Shown piece by piece: positions 18,759 through 29,016 of a DNA stretch of 64,000 nucleotides. A model generated the notes under the pieces. It was not told where the DNA came from. It worked only from the letters and a program-made list of their open reading frames with translations, and made no database searches. Origin of the DNA: Planctomycetaceae bacterium (lineage in GTDB: Bacteria; Planctomycetota; Planctomycetia; Pirellulales; Pirellulaceae); the NCBI GenBank assembly GCA_040375295.1, contig JBEISR010000004.1, positions 122,584 through 186,583 of the forward strand. The letters are read 5' to 3'. The translations under genes were made by a program, and so were the position numbers. Each line of letters opens with the position of its first letter. Position 1 is the stretch's first letter.

Positions 18759-21107
18759 ATGATGCCATACCGCCCGTTTTCAAGCCATGGCATTGGGTTG
18801 GTTGTTCATTTCGCGATGCTCGCTGGCCTTGTCGTCGGCTTGGAGGCATATTCTATTCCTTCGCATTGCCAAGCTCAGGAATCGACGACAGTGACCCAAG
18901 AGTCTGACCAGTCCAACCGTCCGCAAGCGGCATCCGTCGCTTCCTCTGACCTACGGCAGGCACCCACTGCGACTTTGGAGAGTCTGGTTTCCCAGGTGCG
19001 AGCGTCGCTGGTGGCGATCCGAGTCGACGATCGAGATGGGCGGCAGGTGGGGATAGGGACCGGATTTTTCGTCGATTCCAAGGGATTGATCGCCACCAAT
19101 TTCCATGTGATCGGCGAAGGTCGGTCCATCCAAGTGGAGTGGGGTAAGGGGCGAGTGCTGAAGGTGGAGGGGATTGAGGCGTTCGATCGAAAGGCCGATC
19201 TGGCGCTGGTTCGCGTGGCCCAGGATTCGACTCCGTTCCCAGCGCTGCCGCTGAATCTGAGGAACGATCTTCAGCAGGGATCCGATGTGCTTGCATTCGG
19301 CAATCCTCTGGGTTTGGAGTACAGCGTGGTTCGAGGGATTGTTTCGGCCTTGCGCGAAGTGGAAGGCCAGTCGTTGATCCAGTTGGCGATGCCGATTGAG
19401 CCGGGCAATAGCGGTGGTCCGCTGGTGGATCTGGATGGCCACGTGCACGGCATCGTGAACATGAAATCGGCCGTCGATGACAATCTGGGATTTGCGATCC
19501 CGATCGACCAGTTGCAAAAGCTGATCGATCGACCCAACCCCATCACCTGGGACCGATGGCTCCGCTGGGGTACGCTCGATGCGCAGCGATGGGAGACGCG
19601 ATTTGGAGCGATATGGACGGAACAGGCGGGGAGGTTAGTCGCCAGGGGAACCGGAAATGGATTCGGGGGCCGAGCGATTTGTCTGTCGACCCAGCTGCCT
19701 CCCGAACCGCCGTACGACATTGTGGTTCGTGTGCGATTGGACGATGAGCGAGGTGCTGCGGGACTGGTGTTTTCCAGCGACGGCCAGGAGCGGCACTTTG
19801 GTTTTTACCCCAGCGGCGGTCGATTGCGACTGACCGATTTTCAGGGCCCCTCAATCTATTCTTGGCAGGTCCTCTCCGATGTTGCTTCACCTCACTACCG
19901 ACCCGGGCAGTGGAATCACCTCCGCGTCCATGTGGAAAAGGAGCGGTTCCTTTGTTATGTCAATGGACAGGAAGTGGCCAGTGGCGCGATGACGCCTACC
20001 GAGGGGCGGCAACAAGTCGGCTTAGCGAAGTTCCGTGACACCGTCGCTCAGTTTCAAGGATTTCAGATCGGAAAAGACCTAGCGGAAAAACCGCTTGACT
20101 CCAGACAGATGGAGGCGATCGAGCGCTGGAGGCGTGCCGATGGCGAGCCGATTCAGATGGAAGGGGATGCCTGGGACGCTTTAGCGGAGGGATCTGCTGC
20201 TTCAATCGACGCGATTCTGAAGACGGCTGCGTCGCTGGAAGAGCGAGCAAGGCAGATGCGGCAGGCGGCTGCAGCGATCGAATCACTGCCTGCATTTCGG
20301 CGATGGGAAGCGATCGTCCAGAGACTGGATCAACCGGAACTTCTGATGGAGGCAGCTTTAGCGCTGGGTGCCATCGACGACCCGGCAGTGGAGGTGGATC
20401 GCTACGTGAACCAATTGGACAATATGGCGAGGGAGATCCTCGCGCGATTTCCAGAGGGCTCCAGTGAGAAACAGAAAATGGATCTTCTGCTGAAGTATCT
20501 GTTCGAAGAAAACGGCTTTCACGGAAGTCGGCAGGAGTACTACCACACCGCCAACAATCAGATGCACCGGGTCATCGAAGATCGGGAAGGGATGCCAATC
20601 GCCCTCTCGGTCCTCGTGATCGATCTGGCGCGTCGCTGTGGAATCGGCGTAGAAGGGGTTGGGATGCCAGGGCACTTTCTGGTCCGAATGGCCTCGGCTG
20701 ATCCTTTGCAGGGTCCATGGATCGATCCCTTCGAGGCAGGTGAATGGATCGATGACAAGCAACTGCGGAAGCGCTTTGTCGAAACGACTGGGCAGGGATT
20801 TCTGCCAGAGGATCTACCTACCTTTTCCAATCGTCAGATTCTGCAGCGAATGCTTCGCAATCTAATCGGTTCAGCAGAAAGAAAGGGTGATTCTCAGACT
20901 GCCCTGAGGTATCTGGACGCCATGGTGGCTCTCTCTTCAGATGACGTGGCCACCAGGCTACAGCGCGCCGTGCTTCGGGGGCAAAATAGCAGATACCAGG
21001 AGGCACTAGAGGATCTGCAATGGGTGATCGACCAGCAGCCCGAATCGATCGATATCCATGAACTTCTGCGACTGCGCCAGTCGATCCAGGAGCGATCAGG
21101 CGGATGA
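18759..21107 (+). CDS. secreted or anchored multidomain protein: S1C (HtrA-like) serine protease + DUF1080/ConA-like domain + SirB1-type transglutaminase-like/TPR domain
   Basis: ORF 18375-21107. The likely start is MMPYRPF at 18759, followed by a hydrophobic segment. The catalytic triad contexts are NFHVIGEG, DLALVRV and GNSGGPLVD. The C-terminal part carries GMPIALSVLVIDLARRCGI...GMPGHFLV plus TPR-like helices. Confidence 0.8.
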   Translation: MMPYRPFSSHGIGLVVHFAMLAGLVVGLEAYSIPSHCQAQESTTVTQESDQSNRPQAASVASSDLRQAPTATLESLVSQVRASLVAIRVDDRDGRQVGIGTGFFVDSKGLIATNFHVIGEGRSIQVEWGKGRVLKVEGIEAFDRKADLALVRVAQDSTPFPALPLNLRNDLQQGSDVLAFGNPLGLEYSVVRGIVSALREVEGQSLIQLAMPIEPGNSGGPLVDLDGHVHGIVNMKSAVDDNLGFAIPIDQLQKLIDRPNPITWDRWLRWGTLDAQRWETRFGAIWTEQAGRLVARGTGNGFGGRAICLSTQLPPEPPYDIVVRVRLDDERGAAGLVFSSDGQERHFGFYPSGGRLRLTDFQGPSIYSWQVLSDVASPHYRPGQWNHLRVHVEKERFLCYVNGQEVASGAMTPTEGRQQVGLAKFRDTVAQFQGFQIGKDLAEKPLDSRQMEAIERWRRADGEPIQMEGDAWDALAEGSAASIDAILKTAASLEERARQMRQAAAAIESLPAFRRWEAIVQRLDQPELLMEAALALGAIDDPAVEVDRYVNQLDNMAREILARFPEGSSEKQKMDLLLKYLFEENGFHGSRQEYYHTANNQMHRVIEDREGMPIALSVLVIDLARRCGIGVEGVGMPGHFLVRMASADPLQGPWIDPFEAGEWIDDKQLRKRFVETTGQGFLPEDLPTFSNRQILQRMLRNLIGSAERKGDSQTALRYLDAMVALSSDDVATRLQRAVLRGQNSRYQEALEDLQWVIDQQPESIDIHELLRLRQSIQERSGG

Positions 21108-21385
21108 GGGGAGCGGTTTAGGAAAGCCGAAGGCGATCCCAGTCGCACGCCAGCCGCGCCTCGCAGGGCAGATGGCTTGAACGGATTTCTGTACCCTGAG
21201 GCTATGAACCCGGGGCGGTCGGTCGAGGTTCGGGGATTCGCTGCTCAGCAAGTAGCGATTCGCATCGGTTTCGATTCGCACCCGTCCTGTGGCTTGGAGT
21301 AGAATCGGAGCGTTGATCGGGCGAGGATTCCGGCCTTGGTGCCGGGAGGATGCGCCGACTCGATTCGCTGTCACTCCAATGAAGG

Positions 21386-24300
21386 TTGCTTATGTCGTCC
21401 CCATTTTTTCCTGTTGCAAAGCAGCATGAGAAGCGGAATCGTTTCTCCTTGTTCTTTTCTTTGTGTCTTGGCTTGCTGGCGCTTTCGTTGCCTGGGATTG
21501 CGGGCTGGACTGTTGCTGCCGACGAAGAGGTACCTGGGAAACAGTTTTTGAAGCGGCCGCCCCGCGCGAAAAAGGAGGCGTTGCCCTCCCCTGCCCTCCC
21601 ATGGCCGATGGTTCGGGGGGAGCGGATCGCGTTTCTTGGAGGTTCGTTAGCCGAGCGGCAGAACCTGTTTGGGCATTTGGAAGCGGGTCTGCATGAAGCA
21701 GCTCCCGACATGCAACTGGTGATTCGAAACTTCGGGCGACCAGGGGAAGAGGTAGCGATCCAGCAGCGGTCGGCCAACTACTCGCGGCTGGATGATCCGC
21801 TCGATGCTTTTGGTGCCGATACTTTTTTCTGTTTCTTCGGTTTTAATGAATCGTTCGCAGGGGCAGCAGGAGTCGATGCATTTCAGAACGCCTACGTGGC
21901 GATGATCGATCGCTACAGAAAGACTTACCCACGCGACGACGAAGGGTCGCAGCCACGATTTCTACTCTTCACTCCGATTGCGTTCGAAGAGACGGACGAT
22001 CCTCTGCAGGCCGACGGGAGGGCAGCCAACGAGCGGTTGGCGCAGTACGCCCAAGCGGTGCGCGAGGTAGGCAAGCAGCTGTCGATTCCGGTGGTCGAAC
22101 TATTTCAGCCGACGCTGGAAGCCTTCGCGGCGCAGCCCGGATGTCAGTTCACGATCCAGGGCTTTCAGCTCGACCAAGCAGGGGATGCGCTGTTGGCCTC
22201 GGTAGCCCTGCCGCAGATTCTGGGACGCGATCGAGCCGCAGTTGTTGGCAAAGATGCAGCGCGGCTGGAGAGGATTCGCAGTGTGGTCAACGACAAAAGC
22301 TGGATCCATCTACAGGATTACCGGATGCTCAACGGTTGGTATGTCTACGGTGGCCGTCGGACCTGGGATCACGAGACATTTCCTAGGGAGTATTTGAAAA
22401 TTCGAGGGATGGCTCAGGTTCGCGATCAGTATCTTTGGGACCTCGCGGCAGGAAAGCCGGTTCCTGCACAACCGGACGACTCTCAGACGGGCGACCTAGT
22501 AGTGCCCGATACCCGTTTCGGAAATCCTCAGCAGGACTACAGCGAGCCAGAGGAACTGCGGTATTTGAGCCCTGAGGAATCGATCGCCGCGATGGAGGTG
22601 CCGGAAGACCTACAGGTTCAGCTTTTCGCCGATGAGCGTCGATTCCCGGAGCTGGCCAAGCCGGTGCAATTAAACTTTGACGACCGAGGGCGACTGTGGG
22701 TTGCCTGCATGCCGACCTACCCCCAGTGGCGACCCGGTGATGCCAGGCCAGACGATCGACTGCTGATTTTTGAAGATGAGGATGGCGACGGGCAGGCAGA
22801 TCGGTGCAAAGTGTTTTATGACAAGCTGCATTGCCCAACTGGCTTTGAGTTCTACCGTGGCGGGGTGCTGGTGGTCGACCAGCCACGCTTGATCTGGCTG
22901 AAGGACACCGACGGCGACGATGTGGCCGACCAAGTGGTGCATCTTCTGGATGGATGGGGAACGGACGATACCCACCACACGATTGGCGCCTTCGAGAACA
23001 GCCATGGTGGGCTGCTGACGATGCTGGAAGGTGTGGCGATGAGCACTACGGTCGAGACGCCGTGGGGACCGAAGCGATGGCAGGGAGCGGCAGGGGCCTT
23101 TGAGCTTGACCCGGTCACGCTGGAGCTGCGACGCTTCACCACCCCCGGGTATGGCAATCCCTGGTGCATGGTCTACGACCCCTGGGGACAGGGGATCGTC
23201 GGGGACGGCACCACCGCGCAGCAGCACTGGGCAACTGCGCTCAGCGGCGCGCAGATCGGGCCTCGTAGGGGTCTCGACCCGATCTTCGACAACCAGGGAA
23301 TGCGGCCGGTGATCGGCAATGAGTTCTTGATCTCGAGGCATCTGCCTGATGCCTATCAAGGGGATTTCACCTATGCCTGCGTGATCAACATGAATGGGTT
23401 TCCACGATTCCGATTTGGCGACGATGGCGCGGGCCTGGCTGGGCAGCGCTTGATGCGCGCGGACGGGAAACCAGATGATCTGATTCGCAGCAGCGACAAA
23501 AACTTCCGTCCGGCCGATCCGCAAATTGGCCCCGACGGGGCGCTCTGGTTTGGCGATTGGTGCAATGCATTGATCGGGCACATGCAATACTCGCAGCGCG
23601 ATCCCAATCGGGATCACCAGCGAGGCAGAGTCTATCGACTGGTTGCCAAGGATCGACCGCTGGTCGTTCCGGCGACGCAGGCGGGCAAGAGCGAGATGGA
23701 GCTATTGGAGCAGTTGCGGGAGCCAGAGCCGAGGACAAGGTATCGCGTGCGCAATGCGCTGGCGGCGCGACCGACTGGGCAGGTGGTGGAGGCGGTGAGG
23801 CGTTGGTTGCCTACCATTCGCACTGAGGATCCTCAGGCCGATCGACTCCGCACCGAAGCGCTCTGGATCCTCCAGCGTCACCATGTTGTCGATTCCGGTT
23901 TGCTCAATGCGGTCCTTGACTCCAGTTCCAAGGAGGCGCGTTCGGCCGCTGTTCGCGTCGCTTCGGACCTGCAGCGTCTGATCCCGGAAAGGGAGCTATT
24001 CGAGATCCTTCGTTCGGCATCGAACGACGCGGACCCGAGGGTGCGTGCCGAAGCGGCGCGAGCTCTCAGCTTTTTTCCAAACGAAGAGTCGGTTCGGATG
24101 CTGCTAGAGATCGCCTCCAAGCCGATGGATAAATGGTTGGGGTATGTGGTCGAACATGCGATTGGGGCGACCGAGTCGACTTGGTCGCCTTTGCTGGAGC
24201 AGGGCAAGTTGGCGGATGCACCGGCCGACGGGATGAAGGCAGTTGACCGCTACCTCGCCTCCTCGCGTCCCGGTCTGGCTGCACAGAGGCACTTGGTCAC

Positions 24301-24775
24301 TCTGTTGAATCCTGAAAGTGGCGAGGTGGCGAAGGTGCGAGCCTACTCGGCGCTCTCCGGGCTTGCAGGGAACAAGGACAACGGGCAGGCGGTATTTGCA
24401 CGGGTATGTGCCAGCTGCCATAAGGTTGGCGACAAGGGATATGCGTTTGGACCCGAGCTCACGGATGTCGGAAGGCGACTGACCCGCTACGACCTGATCG
24501 AATCGATTGTCGATCCGAATGCCAAGATGGATAAAAAGTACCTGACCGAAATCATTCTCACCGACGATGGCAAGGTGCATACCGGCTTCATTGGAGAAGA
24601 GACCGACACGACGATTCTGCTGCTGCTGCCCGAGGGGAAGCGGGAAACGATCGCCAAGGAGGAGATCGAGGAGAGGAAGGTGGCGATGCAGAGCAGCATG
24701 CCGGAGAATCTGGGGGCAACGATTGCGCCGTCGGAGTTCCTGGATGTGATCGAGTATCTGGGATCGCTGAAGTAA
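21386..24775 (+). CDS. PVC-type heme-binding CxxCH protein with N-terminal SGNH/GDSL-like domain, membrane-bound-dehydrogenase domain and HEAT repeats
   Basis: Signal peptide present. IAFLGGSLAE and FGFNESF are SGNH-like. LFADERRFPELAKPVQLNFDDRGRLWV matches the Pirellula/Verrucomicrobium dehydrogenase N-terminal domain. The C-terminal region has CASCHKVGDKGYAFGPELTDVG. Confidence 0.8.
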   Translation: MLMSSPFFPVAKQHEKRNRFSLFFSLCLGLLALSLPGIAGWTVAADEEVPGKQFLKRPPRAKKEALPSPALPWPMVRGERIAFLGGSLAERQNLFGHLEAGLHEAAPDMQLVIRNFGRPGEEVAIQQRSANYSRLDDPLDAFGADTFFCFFGFNESFAGAAGVDAFQNAYVAMIDRYRKTYPRDDEGSQPRFLLFTPIAFEETDDPLQADGRAANERLAQYAQAVREVGKQLSIPVVELFQPTLEAFAAQPGCQFTIQGFQLDQAGDALLASVALPQILGRDRAAVVGKDAARLERIRSVVNDKSWIHLQDYRMLNGWYVYGGRRTWDHETFPREYLKIRGMAQVRDQYLWDLAAGKPVPAQPDDSQTGDLVVPDTRFGNPQQDYSEPEELRYLSPEESIAAMEVPEDLQVQLFADERRFPELAKPVQLNFDDRGRLWVACMPTYPQWRPGDARPDDRLLIFEDEDGDGQADRCKVFYDKLHCPTGFEFYRGGVLVVDQPRLIWLKDTDGDDVADQVVHLLDGWGTDDTHHTIGAFENSHGGLLTMLEGVAMSTTVETPWGPKRWQGAAGAFELDPVTLELRRFTTPGYGNPWCMVYDPWGQGIVGDGTTAQQHWATALSGAQIGPRRGLDPIFDNQGMRPVIGNEFLISRHLPDAYQGDFTYACVINMNGFPRFRFGDDGAGLAGQRLMRADGKPDDLIRSSDKNFRPADPQIGPDGALWFGDWCNALIGHMQYSQRDPNRDHQRGRVYRLVAKDRPLVVPATQAGKSEMELLEQLREPEPRTRYRVRNALAARPTGQVVEAVRRWLPTIRTEDPQADRLRTEALWILQRHHVVDSGLLNAVLDSSSKEARSAAVRVASDLQRLIPERELFEILRSASNDADPRVRAEAARALSFFPNEESVRMLLEIASKPMDKWLGYVVEHAIGATESTWSPLLEQGKLADAPADGMKAVDRYLASSRPGLAAQRHLVTLLNPESGEVAKVRAYSALSGLAGNKDNGQAVFARVCASCHKVGDKGYAFGPELTDVGRRLTRYDLIESIVDPNAKMDKKYLTEIILTDDGKVHTGFIGEETDTTILLLLPEGKRETIAKEEIEERKVAMQSSMPENLGATIAPSEFLDVIEYLGSLK

Positions 24776-24845
24776 GTGACTCAGGGGGACCGGAATCTGG
24801 CGATCTGCCAGACATGAATGGTTGCCGGTGGAGGAAGGGGGATCG

Positions 24846-27800
24846 ATGTACGGCGGGCGCTTTGCCTTCGAGAGACCCGAGTACCTGCTGTTGCTTCTGG
24901 TGCTGTTACCCTGGATCTATTGGGTCAGCCGCCAGTCGTTGGCGGGTCTGGGACCGGTGCGTCGGTGGCTGGCCCTTCTGCTCCGTTCGCTGGTCCTGCT
25001 TCTGATCGTCGCGGCGCTTGCGGGCGTGCAGTGGGTTTGGACCAGTCAAAAGATGACGGTTCTGTACCTACTGGATCAGTCGGACAGTATCCCTGCCCCA
25101 AAACGGCAACTGATGCTTCAGTTTGCGATCGAAAATGCCAATGCTCACCGTCGCGCGGCGAGACAGGACCGCGCTGGGTTGATCATTTTTGGTCGAGAGG
25201 CGGCAGTGGAGTTTCCTCCTCTGGACGACGATCTTCCCCCGATTCGCACGCCGGAAAGCTACTTGGGAAAGACCGATGCCACCAATCTGGAAGGGGCCTT
25301 GAAACTGGCCAAGGCCAGCTTTCCGGAGGGAGCTTCGCGTCGAATCGTCGTGCTCACCGATGGCAATGAGACGCTGGGTGCTGCAGCGCCGGTGGCTCAA
25401 AGCTTGGCGGACGAAGGGATTGGCATCGACATCGTCCCCATTCGACTGGATTCCCAGTCGGAGGTTTTGGTCGAAAAGATCGACATACCGGCTCAGGTGA
25501 AGCAGGGCCAGATGGTCGATGCCAAAGTGGTGCTCCAGCGCTACAGTCAGGAGCCCGATGCCCCAGCGACGCGCGGTGTCCTTCGGGTGACGCGCCGGAT
25601 GGGCAACCAGGCCGAACTGCTGGCCGAGGAGGAAGTCTCGCTGGACAAGCCCTTGAGTGTCTTTCCGGTGCCGCATCGCGTCGAGTATGCATCGGGTTAT
25701 ACCTACGAAGCACAGTTCATCCCGGCGGAAGCTTCACAGGATGCGCTGGCACAGAACAATCAGGCGACCGCCTTTTCGTATGCCCGCGGCAAAGGGCGGG
25801 TGCTGTTGATCGAGGATGCGGGACGACGTGGCGAATTCCAATTGCTGGTAGATGCCCTGCGACGCAGCGAGATCGAGGTGGAGGTGCGCGACCCGGCTGC
25901 GCTCTTTTCCAGTTTGATCGAACTTCAGGCCTTCGACTCCGTGATCCTCGCTGGTGTCCCTAGGACCAGTGGCGAAGCAGCGACCGAATTGACCACGATC
26001 TCCGACGAGCAGATTGAATTGATGGTGCGCAATACCCAGCAGTTCGGAGGTGGGCTACTGATGCTGGGGGGGCCTGAAGCCTTTGGCGCCGGTGGCTGGA
26101 GCAATACCAAGCTGGAGGAGGCGATGCCAGTCGACTTTCAGATCAAGAACAGCAAGATGGAAGCGGTTGGCGCTCTGGCGATGGTGATGCATGCATCGGA
26201 GATCGCGCAGGGGAACTTCTGGCAGAAGATGATCGGAAAAGCCGCCCTCGATGTCCTCGGCCCGCTCGATTATTGCGGGGTAATCGAGTACCAGGGGTCG
26301 GAGAAGTGGATGTGGGGAAATCGCTACGGGATGCTGAAGGTGGGCCCGAATCGTTCGGTGATGCGATCGCGGATGACGCGAATGACTCCCGGAGATATGC
26401 CTGATTTTGATCCTTCGATGCGATTAGCTTTGGCAGGGCTCACCAACACCCCCGCCGCCACCAAGCACATGATCGTCATCAGCGATGGCGACCCTTCACC
26501 TGCTTCAGCCGGAGTTTTGGATGGCTTCGTCAAGCAGTCGATCAAGGTGTCGACGGTGGCCGTTGGGGCGCATGGTCCGGCAGGTCATCAGGAGCTGCAG
26601 CGGATCGCCAACACGACGGGAGGCAACTATTACGTCGTCACCAATCCCAACGCTCTGCCGCAGATCTTCGTTCGCGAAGCCCGCCGTGTTGCTCGGCCAC
26701 TTGTCTACGAGCCCGAAGGGGGTGTCGTCCCTCAGATGCTGTTTCGGCACGAGATTCTGGCTGGGCTGCCACAGCAGTTGCCCCCTGTACGCGGATTCGT
26801 GTTGACGCAGCTGAAAGAAAGCCCCCTGGTGGAAGTCCCGCTTCGCTCGCCTATGCCCGCCGAGCCAGAGAATGCGACGTTGCTTGCGACCTGGACGTAC
26901 GGATTGGGGCGCACTGCAGCCTTCACGACCGATGCTGGCCAACGCTGGGCAGCTCAATGGGCCACCTGGCCGCAGTTCGATCAGTTTTTCAGTCAACTGG
27001 TCCGGTGGACGATGCGTCCCACCCAGGATGATGGCAAGTTCCAAATCGCAACCCAGGTGCGCGATGGCCGGGTGCAGTTGGTCGTCAGCGCCCTGGACGA
27101 GGAAGATCGGTTCCTAAACTTTCTTGATCTGTCGGCCGCGGGCGTTGGTCCCGATCTGAAACCCTTCACCATTCGGATGGCGCAGTCGGCGCCCGGCAGA
27201 TACGTCGGCGATTTCGAAGCCAGCCAGTCAGGCAGCTACCTGCTTAGTGTCATCCCGGGCCCGGGGCGTGCGCCCTTGATCACGGGGGTCAATGTTCCTT
27301 TTTCCGACGAGTACCGGGTGCGTCAGGCCAATTTGGGATTGCTGACACAGATGGCTTCCCTCAAAGCTTCCGGAGGCCAGACCGGCATGGTGACTGAGCC
27401 TCTGGAGTCGATGTCGCTGAAGGAGTTGCTGTCGTGGGACAGCTACCGCGAAGGGGTGCCACCTGCGATTTCATTGCAGGATATCTGGCCCTGGGCGGTG
27501 CTGCTGGGATCGGTGCTGTTTTTCACCGATGTGCTGGTCCGCCGCGTGGCGATCGACCCCGGCGCGTGGCTCAGGTGGTTGGCCAAGCGGAGAGCGGCCC
27601 GCACCGCTGTCGTACCCGACGAACGACTCGATCGCCTCCGAAAGCAAAAGTCGGAGGTCAGTGGAGAACTGGCTCGGCGAGCCGGGGGGATCGACGATGG
27701 CGATTCCGATCAGGGTCGCGAGTCAACGCGAACCAGTTCACCGAGTGATGCGGCCGCAGCGATTCAGTCTTTTGATTCGCTGGATTCCTCTGCCAAGCCA

Positions 27801-27935
27801 ACCTCACAGCCAGGGGCAGCGCCACCCGCTGCATCTCCAGGAATGGCCGATGCCAAGGAAGACACCAGCTATACTTCCCGATTGTTGCAGGCCAAACGCG
27901 ATGCCCAGAAAAAGAATCCTCCTACCAATCCGTAA
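24846..27935 (+). CDS. large BatA-N/vWA domain membrane protein
   Basis: ORF 24822-27935. I prefer the ATG at 24846 because GGAAGGGGG lies upstream. The N-terminus is FERPEYLLLLLVLLPWIYW, an aerotolerance-regulator N-terminal type. It has two vWA-like blocks (VLYLLDQSDSI and MIVISDGDPS), a C-terminal TM and a Pro/Ser/Ala-rich tail. Confidence 0.75.
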   Translation: MYGGRFAFERPEYLLLLLVLLPWIYWVSRQSLAGLGPVRRWLALLLRSLVLLLIVAALAGVQWVWTSQKMTVLYLLDQSDSIPAPKRQLMLQFAIENANAHRRAARQDRAGLIIFGREAAVEFPPLDDDLPPIRTPESYLGKTDATNLEGALKLAKASFPEGASRRIVVLTDGNETLGAAAPVAQSLADEGIGIDIVPIRLDSQSEVLVEKIDIPAQVKQGQMVDAKVVLQRYSQEPDAPATRGVLRVTRRMGNQAELLAEEEVSLDKPLSVFPVPHRVEYASGYTYEAQFIPAEASQDALAQNNQATAFSYARGKGRVLLIEDAGRRGEFQLLVDALRRSEIEVEVRDPAALFSSLIELQAFDSVILAGVPRTSGEAATELTTISDEQIELMVRNTQQFGGGLLMLGGPEAFGAGGWSNTKLEEAMPVDFQIKNSKMEAVGALAMVMHASEIAQGNFWQKMIGKAALDVLGPLDYCGVIEYQGSEKWMWGNRYGMLKVGPNRSVMRSRMTRMTPGDMPDFDPSMRLALAGLTNTPAATKHMIVISDGDPSPASAGVLDGFVKQSIKVSTVAVGAHGPAGHQELQRIANTTGGNYYVVTNPNALPQIFVREARRVARPLVYEPEGGVVPQMLFRHEILAGLPQQLPPVRGFVLTQLKESPLVEVPLRSPMPAEPENATLLATWTYGLGRTAAFTTDAGQRWAAQWATWPQFDQFFSQLVRWTMRPTQDDGKFQIATQVRDGRVQLVVSALDEEDRFLNFLDLSAAGVGPDLKPFTIRMAQSAPGRYVGDFEASQSGSYLLSVIPGPGRAPLITGVNVPFSDEYRVRQANLGLLTQMASLKASGGQTGMVTEPLESMSLKELLSWDSYREGVPPAISLQDIWPWAVLLGSVLFFTDVLVRRVAIDPGAWLRWLAKRRAARTAVVPDERLDRLRKQKSEVSGELARRAGGIDDGDSDQGRESTRTSSPSDAAAAIQSFDSLDSSAKPTSQPGAAPPAASPGMADAKEDTSYTSRLLQAKRDAQKKNPPTNP

Positions 27936-27990
27936 CCCGCTTGGTGTTGACCCTCTGGGGCACCTGAGCGGTTCGAAGGAATGAAAGAAC

Positions 27991-29001
27991 ATGAGCCAAA
28001 CTGATCCCCAGATGTTGCAGCAGCAAGCCGAACAGTTTCGCGATCGGTATCGCAGTTTGCGGGAGGAAATCGGGAAGGTGATTGTCGGTCATGAGGAGAT
28101 CGTCCAAGGCGTGCTGACGGCGATCTTCGTCGGAGGTCACTGCCTGCTGGAAGGGGTCCCCGGCCTCGGCAAGACACTGCTGATCAAAACGCTCTCGGAA
28201 ACTTTATCGTTGGATTTCAACCGCATCCAGTTCACACCCGATCTGATGCCCTCCGATATCCTCGGGACGAACATGATCGTCGAGACGCCGGAGGGACGTC
28301 GCAGCTTCCAATTCCAGAAAGGGCCGATCTTCACTCAGATCTGCTTAGCTGACGAAATCAACCGCGCGACACCCAAGACGCAGTCGGCCCTCCTGGAAAC
28401 GATGCAGGAAGGTTCGGTGACAGCCGCCGGTACGCGTTATGAACTGAAGAAACCGTTTTTCGTCCTGGCGACACAGAATCCGATCGAACAGGAAGGAACC
28501 TACCCACTGCCCGAAGCTCAGTTGGATCGATTCCTTTTCAAGCTGGTGGTAGGGTATTCGACCCGCGAGGAGCTCAACACGATCATCGACCGAACTACGC
28601 GTGGCGTGAAGTTAGTGCCGGAGAAGGTGATGGATGGTGAGGAGATCCTGAAGTGGCAGCAGCTGATCCGGCAGGTGGTACTGGCCCCCAATCTGCAGGA
28701 TTACATCGCCCGCCTGGTACTGGCAACCCACCCTGAGGGCCAGCACGCGGTGGCAGCAACCAATCGATCGTTGCGTTGGGGTTCCAGTCCGCGCGGAGCC
28801 CAGTCGATTGCGCTTGCAGCCAAGGTTCGGGCTCTTCTAGATGCTCGCTACAACGTCAGTTTCGAAGACATCCGACGCGTCTATCTGCCTGCGCTGCGCC
28901 ACCGAGTGGTCCTGGACTACGAGGCAGTAGCGGAGGGCCGCACCACCGATCAGGTGCTGAGAGAGCTTCTGGAGCAGGTCCCCGAACGTCTGGAAGGTTG
29001 A
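27991..29001 (+). CDS. MoxR family AAA+ ATPase
   Basis: GHCLLEGVPGLGKTL is the Walker A and CLADEINRA the Walker B. VLATQNP and the C-terminal SPRG region (WGSSPRGAQS) are present. Confidence 0.92.
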   Translation: MSQTDPQMLQQQAEQFRDRYRSLREEIGKVIVGHEEIVQGVLTAIFVGGHCLLEGVPGLGKTLLIKTLSETLSLDFNRIQFTPDLMPSDILGTNMIVETPEGRRSFQFQKGPIFTQICLADEINRATPKTQSALLETMQEGSVTAAGTRYELKKPFFVLATQNPIEQEGTYPLPEAQLDRFLFKLVVGYSTREELNTIIDRTTRGVKLVPEKVMDGEEILKWQQLIRQVVLAPNLQDYIARLVLATHPEGQHAVAATNRSLRWGSSPRGAQSIALAAKVRALLDARYNVSFEDIRRVYLPALRHRVVLDYEAVAEGRTTDQVLRELLEQVPERLEG

Positions 29002-29016
29002 GCAGCACGGGCGGAA

